From Macrostomum hystrix (taxonomy: Eukaryota; Animalia; Platyhelminthes), in contig CATNEN010000001.1 in assembly GCA_950097015.1 (NCBI GenBank), forward strand, positions 4,030,001 to 4,094,000: a DNA stretch of 64,000 bases. Direction: 5' to 3'. Positions within the stretch are counted from its first letter, which is position 1. Every line of letters begins with the position of its first letter. Made by a program: the position numbers and the translations under genes. Below are positions 59,301 to 64,000 of this stretch, piece by piece. The notes below the pieces were generated by a model. The model had not been told where the DNA came from. It did no database searches and saw nothing but the letters and a program-made list of their open reading frames with translations.

Positions 59301-59726
59301 TCAGAAATGGCAAATTTAGAAGAGTGTCGGCCTTGGGAAAATGATCATCCGCTTTTTGTAGCCTTCGCATCGGCCGAATGCCAGGGGCAAGTGTGTCCCG
59401 GGTGCAGCTGCTCCATTGTAACCAAGTCTGCCTTACTGCAGCATCGGTTTGTAGTGGGGCATATGGAACATCATATGACCCCCCAGAGTGCATCCACAGG
59501 AGTCGCAACTTCCTGGAAAGCAACCTCACAGCTGCGCAAAACTTTTTATCATCTGCGAGCGTACTGCCTAGAATCGCGATTCGGTCACGGTTTTTTCGTC
59601 TCTATGGAAATCCGCTTCCGTCCGGACGCTCGAAAGGCTTTTGATGAAGTGAAGGAATTTTTCATATTAACCACCCGGACCTCTGCTAAGAAAATAACTG
59701 TTCGGATTTATAACTCAAAGACATAA
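56399..59726 (+). pseudogene. Mutator/MULE-superfamily transposase-like gene, probably spliced, frameshifted
   Basis: LHLDATGG, YVSDFS, CSSH (CxxH) and TNAAVESWF give a DD-CxxH-E layout. Frameshifts near 57935 and 58165; a phase-compatible GT-AG intron at ~58829-59187. Confidence 0.7.
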
Positions 59727-60387
59727 AATATGTTCTGCCGTTAATCTGAAGATGCCCGAAATTCTTGCGTTTATTAAATTTGTTCTCTTCCCCAAATTAC
59801 TTCACATCGAAAGAGGCAGCTTGAGTAGAAAAAGAGCGACGGAAGGCGCTGGCGAAATAGAGCTGAGTACTGAGAGAAAAATAATGAGTGACACGAGGTT
59901 TGTGGGAAAGAACAAGGCAGATTAGGGCAAGGATTTGAGGAAGGGCGAGATGGAGGTAAGGGGAGCGATGGGCGACAGTGAGACAAATGTACCTACTTTT
60001 TGACATTTAAATAGCTTTCAGACGCTATCGTCTCTGTTTTGTCTGTTGTGTCTTCTTTAAAACTTCTTTTGCACAAGTCTCATTGTAACGTCTTGTGCAT
60101 TTTGAAGTTTTTTTACTGTTTCTTGAACATTTACGTGCGCATTTGACAACCGTGGCATTTTTTCTTAGCTTTTCAAATTAAATAGCTTTTATGCAATAAA
60201 GTCTAATCGTTATTTGACAGTTTTATAACGTAATTTTTTTAATCGTACATTTGCTTCTAAAAAATAAGAATATTTTGACACGTTTTCGCTCATTTATCGC
60301 GTCGTTCTTTGATACAAATTCGTGTCCAGAACATATTCCGGTACTTCTTTTTTTTAATCCAGCTAAGAGATCTAAAAGATCTACCTT

Positions 60388-60942
60388 AGTCTGTCCAAAA
60401 AGTTCTTAGACACCCCTCATATCTCAGCATCTGTTCGACCGATTTTGATGAAAATGTATACAAACATGGGTCTATATTTGATTAATTCAGTGCTAGAGTT
60501 TCAGCTTGGTCGTATAGACAGAACAAAAGCAATCGATCATTTACTGACGAACCTACGAAATTAGCAATACGATTTTTAAACAGCATCGGATCTGGACCTC
60601 ACTCTAAACTGGGAGGTTGTGAAATCGCAGCTTGTTTTTAGAGGAATAAAAGCTTTCGCTGAGTATTAATTAATCATTACTTTCAAGCTGCGAGGGTTTA
60701 GCCATAGACAAAAAGCAGATAGAACGAAGCAGTAGGCAGCATTAGACTGAGTGCGCAGAACGAACGTCAGATTGAAATGCTGAGATGCAGAACCAACCTC
60801 GGACGGTTTAAGAATGGCTAGTGCATATGGCGATAAAGTTTCGCAGCGCCTGATCGTTTTTGCTTTTGCGGACGAAGGCATATCCGTGAACACTATCCAC
60901 CAGAGATTAGTCAGCCGTTTTGGAGATGATGCCTGCGGCTAG
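60388..60942 (+). mobile_element. Tc1/mariner remnant (left end and start of HTH)
   Basis: TAGTCTGTCCAAAAAGT TIR-like start; MASAYGDKVSQRLIVFAFADEG...IHQRLVSRFGDDA resembles a mariner N-terminal HTH. Confidence 0.5.
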
Positions 60943-61212
60943 TAGCAAACAAATGGATTGCTACTAACAGCTTGCTAGGTCTCGTTTCTATCAGAAAAAC
61001 AAACAGAAGACATGGATCACATCTTGTATCCTAGTTTAGTGTCTTAGAAATAAGTTCCTTTCACTTATATTGATATTGCTTCCGTAAACCACTGTTAAAA
61101 GTCTAGGAGATAACTGTTTCTTAAACATTAGTGTCCACAATGCATATTGTTTCTAGTACGGCTAGTGCGGGTTTCACAGATCAAGTGAATCCGTATGGAA
61201 ATTTTAAATAGA

Positions 61213-62037
61213 TCATCTTGCTCGTCCCACACGCCGTTTGCGAAGCACCATCTGAGATTTTACTTGCCGCGATCGCAGCTGCATCGGGACAACCGACTCT
61301 TGCTCGTCTCCGCCCAGCTCCTGCTCGTCGCCGCCCAGCTCCTGCTCGTCGCCGCCCAGCTCCTGCTCGTCGCCGCCCAGCTCCTGCTCGTCGCCGCCCA
61401 GCTCCTGTTCGTCGCCGCCTAGCTCCTGCTCGTCGCCGCCTAGCTCCTGCTCGCCGATGTTTACTTCAAGGTTATTGACTAACTCTTCGTTATAACGGCT
61501 ATGATTGGGATCATTGTTCTGTAACGGAATAGCTGCACAGAGATCAACCACAGAATGAAGCATACGAAGAACGCTGTCATTCCCACGGAGCGCCCACTGG
61601 GTGAGCGAACGTTGAAGTACACGTCGCATGTGTGGTGATGTGCACGGACGAGCAAGGCAAGGTTGGTGAGGTAAATTTACTGTCTGAGACGGTGTAGAAA
61701 GACGACGAAGCCACTCTTTACCATTTTGGTGGTGCTCGCCATGGATTGCTCCACCATATACGCCATGTAGAAATACAGCCACTTTAGGCTCCTCAATGGA
61801 AGTAATAACAGACACTCGGTCTTTACCACATCGCTTGTAGCCATGCCGACTGTAAATGTGAACACAAGACGCAGTCATTCCACGAGTACAAACACAAAGC
61901 CTTTGGCATATACTGCGCAACGGTAGATCTTGTGGGACTGCAAACACCACAATTACAGAACCATCAGGACATGGCAGTGGCGGACCAGGCTGCGGTAAGT
62001 CCACAGTAGGTGTAGTCTGTAGGAGGTTCAGCTGCAA
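61213..62037 (-). CDS. unknown ORF with C-terminal (EQELGGD)n repeat
   Basis: 274 open codons in AT-rich surroundings; no recognised domain and no ATG start. Confidence 0.35.
   Translation of the reverse strand: MQLNLLQTTPTVDLPQPGPPLPCPDGSVIVVFAVPQDLPLRSICQRLCVCTRGMTASCVHIYSRHGYKRCGKDRVSVITSIEEPKVAVFLHGVYGGAIHGEHHQNGKEWLRRLSTPSQTVNLPHQPCLARPCTSPHMRRVLQRSLTQWALRGNDSVLRMLHSVVDLCAAIPLQNNDPNHSRYNEELVNNLEVNIGEQELGGDEQELGGDEQELGGDEQELGGDEQELGGDEQELGGDEQELGGDEQESVVPMQLRSRQVKSQMVLRKRRVGRAR
61305..61456. repeat. 21-bp tandem repeat (CTCCTGCTCGTCGCCGCCCAG), about 7 copies
   Basis: Read directly. Confidence 0.92.
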
Positions 62038-64000
62038 TTTTTATGGGATTTTAGAAGTCTAACATTAGCATCTAAATTGACAGACACTCTGAAAGACTAG
62101 GATCAGGGATAGTAGTACTACAGAGATACTATTTGTGCTTGTCCTATAGTTACTACACTTTACATTTTTGCACCAACCCAATGCAAACTGAAAACTAGTG
62201 TATACTATCTGATACCTTTAATTGTAGTCATAACAGATAAAATGCAAAGTAGGAACAAAATGCTATAATTGTATAAAACTTTTTTAGCAGTCTAATTAGA
62301 AGGCTATGACAAAAAAGTACATATTGCATTTTGTTATTATTCATTCCAAATTTTGTCCAAAAGATATTATAATTAGAAAATGTAATAGGCTATCCTTAAA
62401 ATGTCCTAAAATACTCACTATTTTCAAAATTGAATTTGCACCAAAGTAATTTGTTTTAATGTTCAAATCATATAGTAAACTTTGTTAAAACACTCAAATA
62501 TTCTACATATATTTTATTTAGATGCCTAATTAGAGTACAAAATTAAATTGCTAAAAATATCTTGAAAAATTACTATAAATATATAGGTCGTTAGGCTCAA
62601 AGGAATCATCTTACTAATGAGCAACAAAGAGCAATTAGCTTGAAAGTGAGCAAATCATTGAAGTCTAAATTCAATAAATATTCTAATCATTTAGATTGTG
62701 TAGCCTAATTGCTATGACCCTGTAGATCACAATGCCTAGACTGTAAGAAAGAGTGCCAAGCTGCTTGGGCACAATACCACTACCAAGGAGAGGAAGTTGA
62801 GACAAGAGGAATATTAGTAGTAAAGTGTATGAATAAGTTAGAACCAAGAGAAAGAATAATAGAGAGCTCTAGGGCAAAAATATATAACAAACTAAGTCTA
62901 GTTATCAACTTAAAAGCATTTCCAATTTGCTATTAAATTTATGAGGCCAATAGACAAAGTGAGAAAGCAAATTTTAATGACCCCCATTAGATTATAGTCC
63001 TTTCTAAATTTATTCTTCCTATTGTCAAATTCTATAAGTATAATCAATATCATGGTTTTGTTATTCCCTAAACTTCCTTAAAGTAGAGTAGGATAAAGTA
63101 AAACAGTAACTCTAATTAGATCATGATCCATTCCTAAATATAGAAGTGCTTCACAGCCTGCCACAATATAAGAAGAATCTAAAATGAGTTTTCAGAAACC
63201 TATCAAAAGCCATCCATAGCAATGCCCAATGGCAGTGTCAAACAAGGCATGGCCAAAAATAATTGAGTATACATAGTATTGCGCTTCTGGTATACAAAGC
63301 ATAAATATATAAACTTTTAAAGCACGGCTGGCATATGGTATATGGCATTTCATACTTATACTTTACACAATCTGCTTAATTTTTAATGAATAAATTTAAT
63401 GTTAATCATAAAAAACTTCGACATTGAAATTCACTTTGAATTGAGGCAAAAATATACCGAGCCTCTATTAGAGGTAATTTATTTGCGATACTATGCATCA
63501 ACTAAAAAACGATGCTTTAATATTAGTTTGCACCTTACGCTAGCTTAAAGGGCTACACAATAACTAAGTCAAACGTAAACGAAAATGCCTGTTAAAAATA
63601 CGAAAGCAAAATACAGTAAAACAAATTACCCATTACCCTAACTTTGCTCATACAAGTTAAAACCACTTGATATTACACATTATGGCAGAAGATGTAAAAG
63701 TAAGCTTAACTATTGATTTTCGATTCTCAATGACGGGGGTAGGGGTCGGGTAGTTTTGGGTAGCCTTTTGGAGTAAAACACTACCAACAAAAATAAACGT
63801 GAATTTCATCATAATCTTTCAGTTTTTCACCTAAAAAAATTCCACACTAGAAGCTGCATAGGTTAGGCATATTTTCTGGACGATTTGAAGCGGGTAGACG
63901 CCTAAAATCATCGGGTAGCCTTTTACCCCATTTTTCGGGTATTGTTTTACCCCTTACCGATCTTGGTACTGTTAATACGAGGGTACACGTGCAGAACGCT

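Noticed and set aside
63730-63960. MITE/TIR end (GGGTAG/TACCC motifs)
   Set aside because: Too short, and at the window edge, to define boundaries.

Overview
Eukaryotic (metazoan-like, probably invertebrate) repeat-dense window with no confidently identifiable host gene. Its core is a nested stack of mobile elements. (1) A decayed Polinton/Maverick (adintovirus-like) remnant at ~12.1-19.5 kb carries a PC4-like pseudogene and a protein-primed PolB broken by two LTR-derived insertions. (2) It abuts a minus-strand Gypsy element (LTR ~43.0-44.4 kb, gag/pro 40.9-43.0 kb, RT 19.5-20.8 kb) that was split by (3) a structurally complete Polinton at 20772-40908 with AGTAGT-ended ~370-bp TIRs and a perfect 6-bp TSD (CCCTAG). 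This Polinton encodes a PC4-like protein, integrase with chromodomain, penton, a basic core protein, hexon, adenain-like protease, packaging ATPase, a TBP-like domain, pPolB and an activator-like ORF, and itself contains a Harbinger and a LINE insertion. (4) A young, intact Gypsy element at 44561-53330 (821-bp near-identical LTRs, CTAA TSD, tRNA-Lys PBS, GGGAAAC frameshift) carries an extra J-domain (DnaJ, HPD) ORF in the env position. Also present are tRNA-derived SINEs, three solo LTRs of one family, a MULE-like transposase gene, a mariner remnant and minisatellites. The two best candidates for novelty are the J-domain-bearing LTR retrotransposon and the Polinton set of Pol II-type transcription factors (PC4, TBP, activator-like ORF). 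All family calls come from motif recognition by eye; no searches were run.
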